DNA of 64,000 nucleotides from a virus (Duplodnaviria; Caudoviricetes): IMG/VR virus record IMGVR_UViG_2879905790_000001, positions 1 to 64,000 of that record; one strand, 5' to 3'. Shown piece by piece: positions 18,302 to 28,355 of this stretch (position 1 is its first letter; each line of letters starts with the position of its first letter). The notes under the pieces were generated by a model. It saw only the letters and a program-made list of their open reading frames with translations, ran no database searches and was not told where the DNA came from. The position numbers and the translations under genes were made by a program.

Positions 18302-19346
18302 GGATTTCACTAGTCTCAATAAATTATATTTTAGAGAGCTAGATGAAAGAAAGAAAGAGTATATAAATTTTTTAAAAAATGAACAAGATTTACAAGATAT
18401 AACCGTTGACAATTATACAAATCAGATTTATAAAATAAGAGCGTTTGAAGAAATAATAGATAGAGATAGGACAATAGAATACTTTACACTTGATGAAATC
18501 TCTAAATTATTAGAAAATATGACTTTTAGTTCAGAAAGTTCAGCGATAGCATACAAGAACCGAATATTAGACTATTTAAAATTTTGCACAGAGCATTATG
18601 GTATCCAAAAGGATATTGGATTGTTAAATACAATATCTCAAAAAGAATTTATACAAGGCTTAGTAAATAAAAGACTGAAGTATTTAAAGTATGTCACTGA
18701 AGGAACTTTGTATGAAGCAGTACAAGACTTGGTAAACCCACAAGATAGACTTATGGCATTGTTAATTTACGAAGGAGTAAAAGGCACTAATCATGCCGAT
18801 TTGATTAATATTAAAAAAGAACAGTATGATAAAGAAAATAAAATATTAGAATATATAGAACAAGATACAGGAAAGACTAAACAATTAAGATGCAATGAAT
18901 TTCTTTCAGATGAGATTGAAAAAACAATATTATCTGACACTTACTATTTTAAAAATGGTAAGGGTACTGGAAGACATGACATGTCGGATATAGTTAATTC
19001 TCCTTATTTAGTAGCACCTACGGCTCAGTTAAATGCTAGAATGAATAACTATAGCGGACAACAAGTCTATGGTCAAACAATTCAATCAAGAATATTAAAG
19101 ATATTTAAGCATTTTTTAGATATAAATGGACAACATATAACTGTTCAAAGCTTATATCATTCAGGCATCGTCAATAGAATGGTGAAGCTTACAGAGGAAA
19201 AATATGCTGGACAAAAATTAAAGAAAGTAGATTTTGTTAAATATATTGAGCAAAATGAAAAGCTAAAGTTACAAGCAGGATATCGTCTTTACGATATTTA
19301 TGAAAATTTATATAATTTATTTAAAAATGATATTATAAGTTTTTAA
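18285..19346 (+). CDS. Integrase-fold protein with degenerate active site, SPbeta YopR/MrpR/SroF-like repressor
   Basis: SAM-like N-terminus; LLIYEGVKG replaces TGxR; TVQSLYHSG replaces HxLR; no LGH motif. Confidence 0.65.
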   Translation: MSEKIRDFTSLNKLYFRELDERKKEYINFLKNEQDLQDITVDNYTNQIYKIRAFEEIIDRDRTIEYFTLDEISKLLENMTFSSESSAIAYKNRILDYLKFCTEHYGIQKDIGLLNTISQKEFIQGLVNKRLKYLKYVTEGTLYEAVQDLVNPQDRLMALLIYEGVKGTNHADLINIKKEQYDKENKILEYIEQDTGKTKQLRCNEFLSDEIEKTILSDTYYFKNGKGTGRHDMSDIVNSPYLVAPTAQLNARMNNYSGQQVYGQTIQSRILKIFKHFLDINGQHITVQSLYHSGIVNRMVKLTEEKYAGQKLKKVDFVKYIEQNEKLKLQAGYRLYDIYENLYNLFKNDIISF

Positions 19347-19391
19347 TAACTAAAGTATATTTTATGTAATAGAAATATAAAATATATTAGT

Positions 19392-19440
19392 CTCCAATTG
19401 GTTCTATGTATTATCTTAGAACTAATTGGAAACTTTTATA
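19392..19440 (+). terminator. Probable terminator
   Basis: TCCAATTGGTTCTA...TAGAACTAATTGGA. Confidence 0.55.
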
Positions 19441-19623
19441 CTAAATTCGACAAATTATTTATTTTTTATATACTTATACAAAATAATTTAAAAAAAGTAA
19501 ATAAATTTGTTAAAAAATATAATGTTAAATTTTTATTATAATATCATTAAAATATTGTTAAAACATTTTTGTTCATTAACATATTTTATAAAAAATATGT
19601 TAAAAAAACATACTTAAAAATAA

Positions 19624-19682
19624 TTGTTACTAGATTTAGCTTGTGTTATAATAAAGCTATATTAAAACTAAACACTTGTTCG
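19624..19682 (+). promoter_or_regulatory. Promoter with downstream LexA-like box
   Basis: TTGTTA-17bp-TATAAT (TG extended); AAAC-ACTT-GTTC(G) at 19670-19682. Confidence 0.45.
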
Positions 19683-19733
19683 ATAAAATAGAACAATTTA
19701 AATAAATAAAAGGATTTATTGGAGGTTTTTTAC

Positions 19734-20015
19734 ATGGAAGTAAAATTAATGAACTATTTAAAAGGAAATAAAGGATATGGAATAACCATATCTGAAATTG
19801 GAGGAGATGAAAAATTTTTAGAAGATATGTGCTATAAACACAATACGAATTTGAAAAGAATAGAGATATTGGGGAAAAATGAATTTTTAGAAATGGACAA
19901 GTACATAATTAAAATGGAAAATATAGTTAATATAGAAGAAGACATAAGTAATATAAGTATTTTTACAGAAAGCGAAACAGAAAATAAAGAAATAATAATT
20001 GAAAATTGGGATTAG
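19734..20015 (+). CDS. Small acidic hypothetical protein
   Basis: ATG 19734 after GGAGG. Confidence 0.7.
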   Translation: MEVKLMNYLKGNKGYGITISEIGGDEKFLEDMCYKHNTNLKRIEILGKNEFLEMDKYIIKMENIVNIEEDISNISIFTESETENKEIIIENWD

Positions 20016-20159
20016 TTAGCTATAATTTGTTAAATAAATAATATTCCATAAATGTAAATAAAAACAATTTGATAGTTGAAGCATAATTTGTTTTTCAAAT
20101 ATGCTTTGATTGTCAAATTAAAATAATTTAAAAAAATATAAATAAAAGGATGGTTTTAT

Positions 20160-21446
20160 ATGAAAAATAATTTGAAAGAATGTTTAGAAATATTAAAAAG
20201 CATAGGTAATGATTCAAGTAGAATAGCGAAAGAAACTATATTAAAAGAAAACAAAGACAATCAATTATTAAAAGACATACTTTTCTTTTTATATAATCCT
20301 TATATAGTTACAGGTATAAGCACTAAAAAATTAAATAAAAAAGTAAAATTAGAAGTAGATAATAAACTGAATACAATAATAGATGTCATGGATTTTTTAA
20401 AAACAAATAATACAGGAACAGATGAACATATAAAAGTAATTCAAAATTGGATCAATAATCAAGATTTACAATATCAAGATATTTTAAAACAATTAGTAAC
20501 TAAGTCTTTAAAAATAGGAATTACATCAAAAACAATAAATAAAATACATAAGAATTTTATTCCAGAATTTAATGTTATGTTAGCTGAAAAATATCATGAA
20601 AATATAAATAGAGTAAAAGGAAAATTTATAATAACTACAAAGTTAGATGGAAATAGAATGGTTTTAGTGAAAGAGAATGGAGCTATAAAAACATTTTCAA
20701 GGCAAGGACAACTAATAGAAGGTTTAATTGATATTATAGAAGATGCTAAACAATTGCAAGATAATATGGTATATGATGGTGAAATTTTGCTGAAAAATGA
20801 TAAGAACTTAGATAGTAAACAACTTTTTCAAGAAACTCAAAAGATTATAAGAAAAAAAGATATTAAGAAAACTAATTTAATATTTAATATATTCGATATG
20901 ATGCCTTTAGACGAATTTAAACAAGGTGTGTCTATAAATGATACTTTAACAAGAAAAAATCAATTACACGACATCTTAGAGAGCTTAGAAACGAACTGGG
21001 TTAAAGAAGTACCTATGCTATATGTTGGAGAAGATATAAATAAAATAGATGAATTATTAAATATAGCTGTACAAAATGGCGAAGAAGGTATTATGATTAA
21101 TTTGGTAGATAGTAAATATCAGTGTAAAAGGACAAAAGATTTGTTGAAAGTAAAAATTATGAATTCATCAGATTGTAAAATAATAGGTTATGAAGAAGGT
21201 ACAGGAAGAAATGAAGGGGTTTTGGGAGCTTTTATAATAGATTATAAAGGACATAATGTAAAAGTTGGTTCAGGATATACAGATGAAGATAGAAAAATGT
21301 TTTGGGAAAATAAAGATGCTTTTATAGAAAAAATAATAGAAGTACAATATTTTGAAGAAACTAAAAATCAAAATGGAGGTATTTCTTTAAGATTCCCAGT
21401 TTACAAATGTATTAGAAATGATAAAATAGAACCAAGTTATTTTTAG
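20160..21446 (+). CDS. lig: ATP-dependent DNA ligase
   Basis: KLDGNR, YDGEI, FDMM, EEGIMI, LLKVK, VGSG, SLRFP. Confidence 0.92.
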   Translation: MKNNLKECLEILKSIGNDSSRIAKETILKENKDNQLLKDILFFLYNPYIVTGISTKKLNKKVKLEVDNKLNTIIDVMDFLKTNNTGTDEHIKVIQNWINNQDLQYQDILKQLVTKSLKIGITSKTINKIHKNFIPEFNVMLAEKYHENINRVKGKFIITTKLDGNRMVLVKENGAIKTFSRQGQLIEGLIDIIEDAKQLQDNMVYDGEILLKNDKNLDSKQLFQETQKIIRKKDIKKTNLIFNIFDMMPLDEFKQGVSINDTLTRKNQLHDILESLETNWVKEVPMLYVGEDINKIDELLNIAVQNGEEGIMINLVDSKYQCKRTKDLLKVKIMNSSDCKIIGYEEGTGRNEGVLGAFIIDYKGHNVKVGSGYTDEDRKMFWENKDAFIEKIIEVQYFEETKNQNGGISLRFPVYKCIRNDKIEPSYF

Positions 21447-21480
21447 TAATATTTTATAAATTAATATCATAGATTAATAT

Positions 21481-21521
21481 AGGTATAGGAATAGAGAAAA
21501 ATAATTGCTGTTTCTATACCT
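21481..21521 (+). terminator. Hairpin after ligase
   Basis: AGGTATAGGAATAG...CTGTTTCTATACCT. Confidence 0.5.
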
Positions 21522-21617
21522 GTCTCTATATACATATACTATGTAATAAATAAACAAGGTTCTATGTATGTAACAACTTTTTGAAAATCAAGTTATATCA
21601 ATAGATAAGAAAGAAAA

Positions 21618-21746
21618 ATTATCATTAGATTACATTGTATTATCACTAGATTACATTGTAAAAAGAAAAATTATCACTAGATTACATTGTAAATGTATGA
21701 TATATTATCATTAGATTACATTGTAATTATCATTAAAATACATTGT
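21618..21746 (+). repeat. Five 21-bp iterons ATTATCAYTAGATTACATTGT (replication origin)
   Basis: Copies at 21618, 21639, 21670, 21704 and 21726 (last degenerate), directly upstream of rep. Confidence 0.9.
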
Positions 21747-21755
21747 TTTTAAATT

Positions 21756-21833
21756 TGTGGATAAAATATAAACAAAATCTGTTGATAATTAAGTTTAAAT
21801 GTTGATTTTTAAGGAGTTGTTACTTGTGGATAA
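21756..21833 (-). promoter_or_regulatory. DnaA boxes
   Basis: TGTGGATAA at 21756 and 21825 (perfect), TGTTGATAA at 21780 (one mismatch). Confidence 0.75.
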
Positions 21834-23010
21834 AAAAGAAGAAGAACAAGAAGTGGAGACTATAAGTTTGAAATCCAATCAAAGCATAAATGAATCTAAT
21901 TTGATGGTAATACCTTTTATTTCGATGAAAAAAACTAAAGTAAAAGTATTAGAAAGATATTGGATTAGTAATGGTGTTAGGAGAGGTATAAAAGTAGTTG
22001 GTTCTGGAGAGCATGGATGTCCAACAATAGCTGAATTAGACGTTTTGTTAGCCCTTTTTAGAATATTAATAAAAAACGTAGGATTTAAATATGAATACAA
22101 TAGAACTACAGGAAAAGTATCCTTACCTAAGACAATTCATTTTACTTATCAAGAATTATCTAAGGAATTAGGGTATAAAACTTATGGTGGAGCTTTAAAA
22201 AAGAAACTAGAAAATTCAGTAAAATGTTTAAATGAAGCAACTATATATAGTGACTTAGGATTAAGAGACGTTGAAGCAGGTGACTATATATATGACTTTG
22301 AAGGAGAAGATAGTTTTAGAATATTAGAAGATTATAAATCTTTTTCTTATACTAAAAGAAAGAAAAAGGGAGAAAAAATAGGTGATGCTAAACAAGTAAA
22401 AAGTATGCAAAGCGTAACTATTAGTGATTTTTTCTTTAAGAACATATGCAATAATTATTTTAAAATTTACAATTATAATCAATATTTAATGTTAACCAAA
22501 GGTGTGGCTAAAAAATTATATTTATTATTAAATCAATGGAGCAGAGGATATGAAAAATATTTAACATATATAAAACTTTATGATATGTTGTCTTTAGATG
22601 TTGCCAAAAATGAAAATAATGAAGAGATAGATAAGAAAAAAGCTTATTATTATAACAGAATAATAAAAGATGCCCTAGATGAATTGACAACTGTGAAATT
22701 TATTCAAGATTATGATATAAGAACTAATGACGGTATAAATTTAATTTTTAATATTAATAAAAGAAACAAAAATAGATTTTTAGATAAATACAATGATGAA
22801 AAAGAAATTATCAATAGATTACAAGAAATAGGATTAACACTAAAAGAATGGACTAAATATTATAGATTGGATAATCAAGAATATGTAAAAGCTTTGCTGA
22901 GGTATGTGGATTATAAAATAGAGAATAAAAACGATATTAGAGATGTTTTAAAATTTACAATAGATGGATTAAAATCAGAAAATTATGATGTAAAGGAATT
23001 TATAGGATAA
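21826..23010 (+). CDS. Plasmid-type replication initiator protein
   Basis: GTG after AAGGAG; NESNLMVIPF, DVLLAL, IHFTYQELSKELG, AKKLYLLL winged-helix Rep features; adjacent iterons. Confidence 0.75.
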   Translation: MDKKEEEQEVETISLKSNQSINESNLMVIPFISMKKTKVKVLERYWISNGVRRGIKVVGSGEHGCPTIAELDVLLALFRILIKNVGFKYEYNRTTGKVSLPKTIHFTYQELSKELGYKTYGGALKKKLENSVKCLNEATIYSDLGLRDVEAGDYIYDFEGEDSFRILEDYKSFSYTKRKKKGEKIGDAKQVKSMQSVTISDFFFKNICNNYFKIYNYNQYLMLTKGVAKKLYLLLNQWSRGYEKYLTYIKLYDMLSLDVAKNENNEEIDKKKAYYYNRIIKDALDELTTVKFIQDYDIRTNDGINLIFNINKRNKNRFLDKYNDEKEIINRLQEIGLTLKEWTKYYRLDNQEYVKALLRYVDYKIENKNDIRDVLKFTIDGLKSENYDVKEFIG

Positions 23011-23075
23011 AATTAGTATTAGATTACATTGTTAACGAATTGGTTTGATACAAGCAATGTAATCTAGTACTAATT
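23011..23075. repeat. Inverted repeat built from iteron cores (terminator and/or copy-control site)
   Basis: AATTAGTATTAGATTACATTGTT ... AGCAATGTAATCTAGTACTAATT; further degenerate iteron at ~23162. Confidence 0.75.
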
Positions 23076-23247
23076 TTTTATTAAAAGCTTATTGTTTAAG
23101 GTTTTCAAACTGTTTAATGAATTTAAAAACATTTAAGGATTATAACTATAAGATATATTAAATTATCATTGGTTTACATTTTAGATGTAATGATAATTAT
23201 AATAAATGAGAAATTTTATATTAATATAAAATAATTTAATAAATATA

Positions 23248-23276
23248 TTGACAATATATAATTGTATATATATAAT
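23248..23276 (+). promoter_or_regulatory. Consensus sigmaA promoter
   Basis: TTGACA-17bp-TATAAT. Confidence 0.8.
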
Positions 23277-23317
23277 AAGTAATATAAGGAAAACAAAGAA
23301 AATTTAGGAGGGAAAAA

Positions 23318-23671
23318 ATGGATATTATAAATGGAATAGAAATATACTCAATCTCAAAAGAAGCTTATAAAACTTATAAAGAACAAGCTAAACAAGGAAG
23401 AAATGCTTCATCAGAAATAATTAGAAAAAAACTAACAGCTCTAGTTATAAATGCAGTAGAAAGAAAAAGAATATTTAAGAATAAGTTCACTTGTAGGTTT
23501 GGTGGATTTGTTATGGTAGTAAATGAAGATACAAAAATGATAGAAGTTCTATTTTGGGATAATTTTAAAACGCATAAGTCAACAGCACCAAGGAAATCAG
23601 TAGATAATTTGTTAGAAACTTATAAAAAATTAGGATTAAGTAAATCTGGTGATGAATTGTTAGTAGCATAA
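23318..23671 (+). CDS. Hypothetical protein
   Basis: RBS AGGAGG. Confidence 0.7.
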   Translation: MDIINGIEIYSISKEAYKTYKEQAKQGRNASSEIIRKKLTALVINAVERKRIFKNKFTCRFGGFVMVVNEDTKMIEVLFWDNFKTHKSTAPRKSVDNLLETYKKLGLSKSGDELLVA

Positions 23672-23871
23672 TATAAAATAATTTAATAATAATAAAAATG
23701 ATATGATGTGCTAAAAAATAATAAAGTTGAGGGAGCTTATTGCAGCATTATTATAAATAATTGTATGGTATAATAAGTATGAAAAATAAGAGAGTTTTGG
23801 AAAATAATTAATAGAATAGATTTATAGATTTAAAGAAGATGTTTTAAATTTTATTTAAACAGTAAGAAGGG

Positions 23872-24321
23872 ATGTTAATTATGGAATTTGCAAAGTATTA
23901 TAAAGTTACAAATAAATTAAATAAACTATTAGAACAAAAGAAAGTATTTTCTTATACAACAGACTATTGTACTGATTTGTTTGTTTGTGAAGATACACAT
24001 GTATTCTGGATTTGCAGGATTTTAGAAGGGTACAATGAAGAATACGAAAAAGAGGAAGGTAAATGGCTAGTAGAACGCAATAAGATAGATAAGTATGATT
24101 TTATAAGTTTCATAGAAGAAAAACATAAAGAGCGTTTAATAGTTAGAAATAGACAGGATAGAGATGGTATTATAAATTCTTTAGATGATAATTTTATCAT
24201 AGAAAATGTAATATTATATGATGACGATCAAGGATTAGAAAATTGGGATAATTATGAATGTGATAGTTATGAAGAAGCAATAAGTGTCATAGATGGAGGG
24301 CATGGAATAATAGAAGAGTAG
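23872..24321 (+). CDS. Hypothetical acidic protein
   Basis: ORF. Confidence 0.7.
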   Translation: MLIMEFAKYYKVTNKLNKLLEQKKVFSYTTDYCTDLFVCEDTHVFWICRILEGYNEEYEKEEGKWLVERNKIDKYDFISFIEEKHKERLIVRNRQDRDGIINSLDDNFIIENVILYDDDQGLENWDNYECDSYEEAISVIDGGHGIIEE

Positions 24322-24389
24322 AAGTAATTGAATACTGGCTTATCAAAGATGCTGAAAAAATTTAAATTTAATAGAGGGGTTGAGTTATA

Positions 24390-24878
24390 TTGAATAGAGA
24401 AGAAATGATTATGGTAGAAACATATAAATGCGAAGAATTAAGAAAAAAGTTAAAATCTATAATAAATTGGGATGAAGTAAGAACAGGGACAAAAATATTT
24501 CATAATACAGATAATAATATTTATAATGATAATGTGTTTTTAGGATATGACAAAGAGAATAACTCAATTAAGTATATGGTTATAGAGTATTTAAAGCCTG
24601 AAAAAGAAGAGTATACTATGTCTTCAACAGGTTGGTATTTTTATGATGAAATTATAGCAGATGAAGTGGAAGAACATTATACTCCAAAATTATATAACAT
24701 ATGGGATATAAGAAATGAGGAAGATTATCTATTTATGGTAGCTTTTGATAAAAAACATTTAAAACAGGAATATATAAAAGATAATCATCTAGAAGAAATG
24801 ACAGATAAAGAATTTTGGAATAAATATGGGTGTGAAGAATTAGAAGAGGTAAATGGATTTGAAGTTGTATTAAAATGA
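24390..24878 (+). CDS. Hypothetical acidic protein
   Basis: ORF. Confidence 0.7.
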   Translation: MNREEMIMVETYKCEELRKKLKSIINWDEVRTGTKIFHNTDNNIYNDNVFLGYDKENNSIKYMVIEYLKPEKEEYTMSSTGWYFYDEIIADEVEEHYTPKLYNIWDIRNEEDYLFMVAFDKKHLKQEYIKDNHLEEMTDKEFWNKYGCEELEEVNGFEVVLK

Positions 24879-25141
24879 GAATTTTAAATAAAGAGGTAAG
24901 AGTTATGGGGATTAGAAGACGAACGGCGAGAACATCTGAAAAGATATTGGGAACTAATTATAAAGAAGTCTTAAATAAAGCAAAAGTAAGATATAAATGT
25001 TCTAAAGAGTTTTATATATTTAAAGCTTATGAAGATAGTGATTTTTGGTGTGCAGAATCATATATGATAAATCCAAGTATGGCAGAAGAACATTGGATAT
25101 TCGATGAGGAGCGTAATAAATGGCATAATGAATTCAAATAA
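24875..25141 (+). CDS. Hypothetical protein
   Basis: ORF; start may be internal (MGIRRR after GAGGT). Confidence 0.6.
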   Translation: MRILNKEVRVMGIRRRTARTSEKILGTNYKEVLNKAKVRYKCSKEFYIFKAYEDSDFWCAESYMINPSMAEEHWIFDEERNKWHNEFK

Positions 25142-25255
25142 AATATAAATAAAATGAAGAATTAAATAAGTATGAAAATAATTAGGGTCTGAAGGAATAG
25201 AAAAAATAAAAACTAGGTTAAAAGAACATTATGAAGCAAGGAAAGGGTGATATAA

Positions 25256-25528
25256 ATGAGTGATATACACGATTGTCAAGGATGTGGAGAAAAGGTGTAT
25301 ATGGATAATGCAGAGCATTGTGTGGTTTGTAGTAGTTGGTTTTGTGGAGCGTGTGATTACAAAAATGGTGAAAAATTATGGGATGATGAAAACGAAAATT
25401 GCTATTACGTTTGTAAAGATTGTTTAGAACAAGGGTTAGATTATATTAACGAAGATAACGAAGATGATACTATATTTACAAAAGGAGAATATGACAAGGC
25501 AATAGAAAAATTAAATAAAAGAATATAG
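25256..25528 (+). CDS. Cys-rich zinc-finger protein
   Basis: Four CxxC pairs. Confidence 0.7.
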   Translation: MSDIHDCQGCGEKVYMDNAEHCVVCSSWFCGACDYKNGEKLWDDENENCYYVCKDCLEQGLDYINEDNEDDTIFTKGEYDKAIEKLNKRI

Positions 25529-25807
25529 TCAGTTCAAAATTCAAAATATATTGTAAATGTAAATAAAAGGAAAATTTTATCGAAAGTAAAGGAACAAAAT
25601 AAAATGAATAGAGAATATCTACTTACTTATGAACAAGAAATTGAAATTTTAGGTTTAGGTGTTGCACAAGGTAGATTAAAACCTATGAATGGTTTGAAGA
25701 TGAAGAAGAAATGAATGATTTTATAGAAGAAGATAATATAAAGCCAATTGAAAAATTTTATATTCCTAATGCTGAAAGTTTATAGTTATAAAGAGGGGAA
25801 ATAGAAT

Positions 25808-25969
25808 ATGGATAAAAAAGATATATCATATGAACGTTTCTTAAATAATAAAATTCGTTTACCACAAATTGATTATGGTTTTGAAGATGATAATTCTTTG
25901 TTATTATATCCCAATGAAAAAACAGAAGAAGAAGTATTAGAAAGAAATTTTGACAAATTTACGAGTTAA
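25808..25969 (+). CDS. Hypothetical protein (53 aa)
   Basis: RBS GAGGGG. Confidence 0.5.
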   Translation: MDKKDISYERFLNNKIRLPQIDYGFEDDNSLLLYPNEKTEEEVLERNFDKFTS

Positions 25970-25985
25970 GGAGTGAAATATTGTT

Positions 25986-26564
25986 ATGTCAGAAAAAGCA
26001 AAATATATTGAGAATAAAGAAATAACATTATTTAATGATTTAGATAAATCTTATAAAAAACTTAAAGAAATTGCTAATTGGTATTCTTTAAGTAACTATA
26101 AAAGTAATTTTCAAGATGAAAGGAATCAAAAATTATATATTCAAAAGATTAATAATGTATATCATGAAATGAAAAGTTTAATTATATCAAGTAAAAACAT
26201 TAAAATATTAAATGATTATGAAAGATTAATAATTGAAGACAAATTAAATTCATTAGCAGAATTAGAGGAAGCGTTATTAGATATTGGAAATGAAAAAAAT
26301 AAATTATCTGAAGATGAGTATTCTTTAAATGCTTATGAAGCTATAGATTTGTGCTTAAATGAAAATGAACTTATAGTTGGTCAAGATTTTCAAAAAGGAT
26401 TCTATGCTAAAAATTTAAATGGCACAATCGTTTTAATGACAATCAATAATGGATTTTCCCATGAAGTAGTAGACAATTTAATGCTTACAAAAGGGCTGTT
26501 AAATCAAAAGTTTAAGACTTTAGTTTGTGCAAATCCAAAAACTTTAGGATTAAAAAATAATTAA
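25986..26564 (+). CDS. Hypothetical protein
   Basis: RBS AAGGAG. Confidence 0.7.
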   Translation: MSEKAKYIENKEITLFNDLDKSYKKLKEIANWYSLSNYKSNFQDERNQKLYIQKINNVYHEMKSLIISSKNIKILNDYERLIIEDKLNSLAELEEALLDIGNEKNKLSEDEYSLNAYEAIDLCLNENELIVGQDFQKGFYAKNLNGTIVLMTINNGFSHEVVDNLMLTKGLLNQKFKTLVCANPKTLGLKNN

Positions 26565-26629
26565 TATAAATTCACGATTTTATAACGTAATATAAAACAA
26601 ATATGATTTAAAAGAAGGGAGGAATTAAA

Positions 26630-27157
26630 ATGAAGTTTAGTGATATAAAACCATTTACTGAAAATGGAGATTATGAAGTAAATATAGGACTAAAGCATTT
26701 AGAAAGTACATTAAAAGATTATGAAGAAGATTACGGATTAGAATTAAATCCTGATTTTCAAAGAGGAGCTGTTTGGACAGAAGAGCAACAAATTGCATAT
26801 GTCGAATTCTTTTTAAGAGGTGGAAAAACGGCAAGAGTTATATATTTTAATTATCCTTCTTTTTGTAGAATTGTAAAGGATAATGATAGTCCTATGGTTT
26901 GTGTAGACGGATTACAAAGATTAACTGCATTAAGAAAATTTCTAAATAACGAATTAAAGGTGTTTGGTTCATATTTAAATGATTTTGAGGATAAAGATAT
27001 TATGTTAAGAACTATTGGTCAATTACGTTTTAATATAAATAATCTTCAAACAAGAAAAGAAGTGTTGCAATGGTACTTAGATTTTAATACAGGTGGAACG
27101 GTTCATAGTCAAGAAGAAATTGACAGAGTTAAGAAATTATTAGAAAAAGAAGACTAA
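26630..27157 (+). CDS. Stand-alone DUF262 (ParB-like, GmrSD N-terminal) domain protein
   Basis: LNPDFQRGAVWT...VDGLQRLTAL...FNTGG. Confidence 0.8.
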   Translation: MKFSDIKPFTENGDYEVNIGLKHLESTLKDYEEDYGLELNPDFQRGAVWTEEQQIAYVEFFLRGGKTARVIYFNYPSFCRIVKDNDSPMVCVDGLQRLTALRKFLNNELKVFGSYLNDFEDKDIMLRTIGQLRFNINNLQTRKEVLQWYLDFNTGGTVHSQEEIDRVKKLLEKED

Positions 27158-27186
27158 AGTTGCAATTAAAATTTTAAGGAGTAATA

Positions 27187-27942
27187 ATGAATTTTACAAG
27201 TAATATTTTTCAGATAGAACATTCAAATGTATTAAGTTTAATACCAATAACAGTATATAAAAATGATGATGAGATTAATGAATTTATTAAGACTATTAAT
27301 AAACTTGATTTAGATGTAAATGATTTTTATAAAGTTGAAGGAAAGCTATATAAATATTGTTATTTGAAAGATACTGTATTGGTAGAGATATATGATATAA
27401 GTGAAGATTATTTTATTAACTTTAAAGTTGAAGAACAGATGAAGCAAAGAGAAGAAATTCATAAAAAATGTATTGAAAATAAAGAATATATAAGGTTATT
27501 TTGTCTTATAGATAAGCCATATAGACTTTTATTTTATGAGGAATTATTTAATGATATTCCAGATGAACAAAAATATAAGGTGTTTAAAAATATTTACACT
27601 TCTAGTGAATACGGCTTTAATAACTTATCAAGAGAATTTTTAGAAGAAATTTTTGAATATAATGAAGTAAATAAAAATTGGTTTGATAAAGATATTATTA
27701 CTATTTATAGAGGGGAAGGAGATATGTCTACACCTTATGATGAAGCATATTCATGGACTATTGATATAGATGTCGCTAAATGGTTTGCAGAGCGATTTAA
27801 TGATAATGGAAAGGTTTATAATGGAAAGGTTTATAAAGGATATATAAGGCAAGAAGATATATTAGATTATATTGAGGATAGAAATGAAAAAGAAATATTA
27901 GTCTTTCCAGAAGATGTTTTTGATGTAGAGCAAATTTTATGA
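27187..27942 (+). CDS. Protein with C-terminal ADP-ribosyltransferase-like (R-S-E) domain
   Basis: IYRGE...YSWT...VAKWFA...RNEKEILV. Confidence 0.55.
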   Translation: MNFTSNIFQIEHSNVLSLIPITVYKNDDEINEFIKTINKLDLDVNDFYKVEGKLYKYCYLKDTVLVEIYDISEDYFINFKVEEQMKQREEIHKKCIENKEYIRLFCLIDKPYRLLFYEELFNDIPDEQKYKVFKNIYTSSEYGFNNLSREFLEEIFEYNEVNKNWFDKDIITIYRGEGDMSTPYDEAYSWTIDIDVAKWFAERFNDNGKVYNGKVYKGYIRQEDILDYIEDRNEKEILVFPEDVFDVEQIL

Positions 27943-28355
27943 AATTAATTTAAAATAGAGTAAAACAAGGAGGATTAAGGATTAATATGAATAAAGTTAA
28001 TATAGATAAATGGTTAAGAACAGAAGCAGAAAACCTTGAAATAAAAAAAGAGAAAATATGTAATAAAATAAAAAAATAATGAAAAATGAAGATATATCAT
28101 CATTAGATAAAATGAATCAATACAACATTCAATTAAGAGAATTACAATCAGCTCAAACAAAATTATATGAAATGATTGGTAGGATAAGTGAAATTAAAGG
28201 AATTGAAGATTAAACAATTCCTTAATAATAGTTTTTATAAATCATTGATTTTATATCATGGTTTAAGAAGAAATGATAAAGTATATTAAAAATAAAATAG
28301 TAGATAATATTATAAAAGTTCAAATAAGAGTTAAAAAGTATATTAATATTTTTGA

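Noticed and set aside
18285-19346. Active integrase
   Set aside because: Catalytic R, HxxR and H/W motifs are not recognisable
21618-21746. 21-bp repeats as a CRISPR array
   Set aside because: Gaps are only 0-13 bp, and adjacent DnaA boxes and Rep indicate iterons
25603-25785. Programmed frameshift in a small split ORF (also 27987-28212 and 1-150)
   Set aside because: No canonical signal; more likely decay or homopolymer error
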